DNA of 63,886 nucleotides, counting the filler, from Rhabdomonas costata (lineage: Eukaryota), in NCBI GenBank assembly GCA_019059605.1. It is 45 parts of 45 records of this genome, joined end to end, with 100 filler letters (N's around TTAATTAATTAA, not from the genome) between each part and the next. Parts side by side here need not be neighbours in the genome. Positions count along the whole stretch, not along the records: positions 62,565 to 63,886 come from JAHMHO010019461.1; 44 more parts are not named here. The stretch is one strand, 5' to 3'. Numbering within the stretch: the stretch's first letter is position 1; each line of letters starts with the position of its first letter. The notes beneath the pieces were generated by a model. The model had not been told where the DNA came from and did no database searches. It saw nothing but the letters and a program-made list of their open reading frames with translations. The translations under genes were made by a program, and so were the position numbers. This document shows, piece after piece, positions 63,584 through 63,886 of the stretch.

Positions 63584-63886
63584 CTACCCCAATAGGAAAG
63601 AAGGTACAAGGGGATGTGCACTACATCACTGCAGTTAGCCACCCTCGTGGGTTGAGACACCAAACAATGCTACAAGCACAGACAGCCAAATAATTCTGGG
63701 GATGACACCACACAAACTGCACACGTTCGTCTGGCCACCCCTTCCTATACTGCTGGGCGGAGTTGCTCAGAAAAGATCATTGGCGCATTAGAGCCGCGGA
63801 TTGATGGGCGCTCAATCTCCCCGCTTGCACAGCGCATCAGTTTCCAAGGATGGCCTTCACACTGGCTCCTTTTTCTTGCCCTTGCA

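Noticed and set aside
1-63886. Apparent clustering of kinases, transporters and glycosidases as one system
   Set aside because: The contigs are unrelated and appear ordered by length, so adjacency carries no information.

Overview
This is not a contiguous locus. It is 45 unrelated short contigs (about 1.31-1.33 kb each, apparently sorted by length) joined by 44 artificial 100-nt spacers (N44-TTAATTAATTAA-N44), so gene neighbourhood across spacers is meaningless. Most contigs come from an intron-rich eukaryote (about 50% GC, CA/GT microsatellites, GT-AG introns) and carry one to three exons of a gene. Recognisable genes: Rab5, a STE11/MAP3K-like kinase, a MAPK/CMGC-like kinase, a PP2A/PP4/PP6-type phosphatase, HSPBAP1-like JmjC protein, EDEM-like GH47 mannosidase, GH81 beta-1,3-glucanase, protoporphyrinogen oxidase, Na+/H+ exchanger, APC amino-acid permease, MFS transporter, histidine kinase, F-box protein, GPS-domain polycystin-like protein, and a kinesin-like protein with a degenerate P-loop. 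Several contigs are decayed retroelements (Penelope-like, CRE-like RLE non-LTR, possible APE-LINE), some CpG-depleted and TpA-rich. The gene mix and splice signals suggest a euglenid-type protist (inference only). The most notable item is contig 1424-2746: AT-rich and intronless, with a pseudokinase, an AAAATTGA motif and a palindromic 3' hairpin, resembling Mimiviridae/Imitervirales giant-virus DNA. I cannot support a complete multi-gene novel system from such fragmented data.
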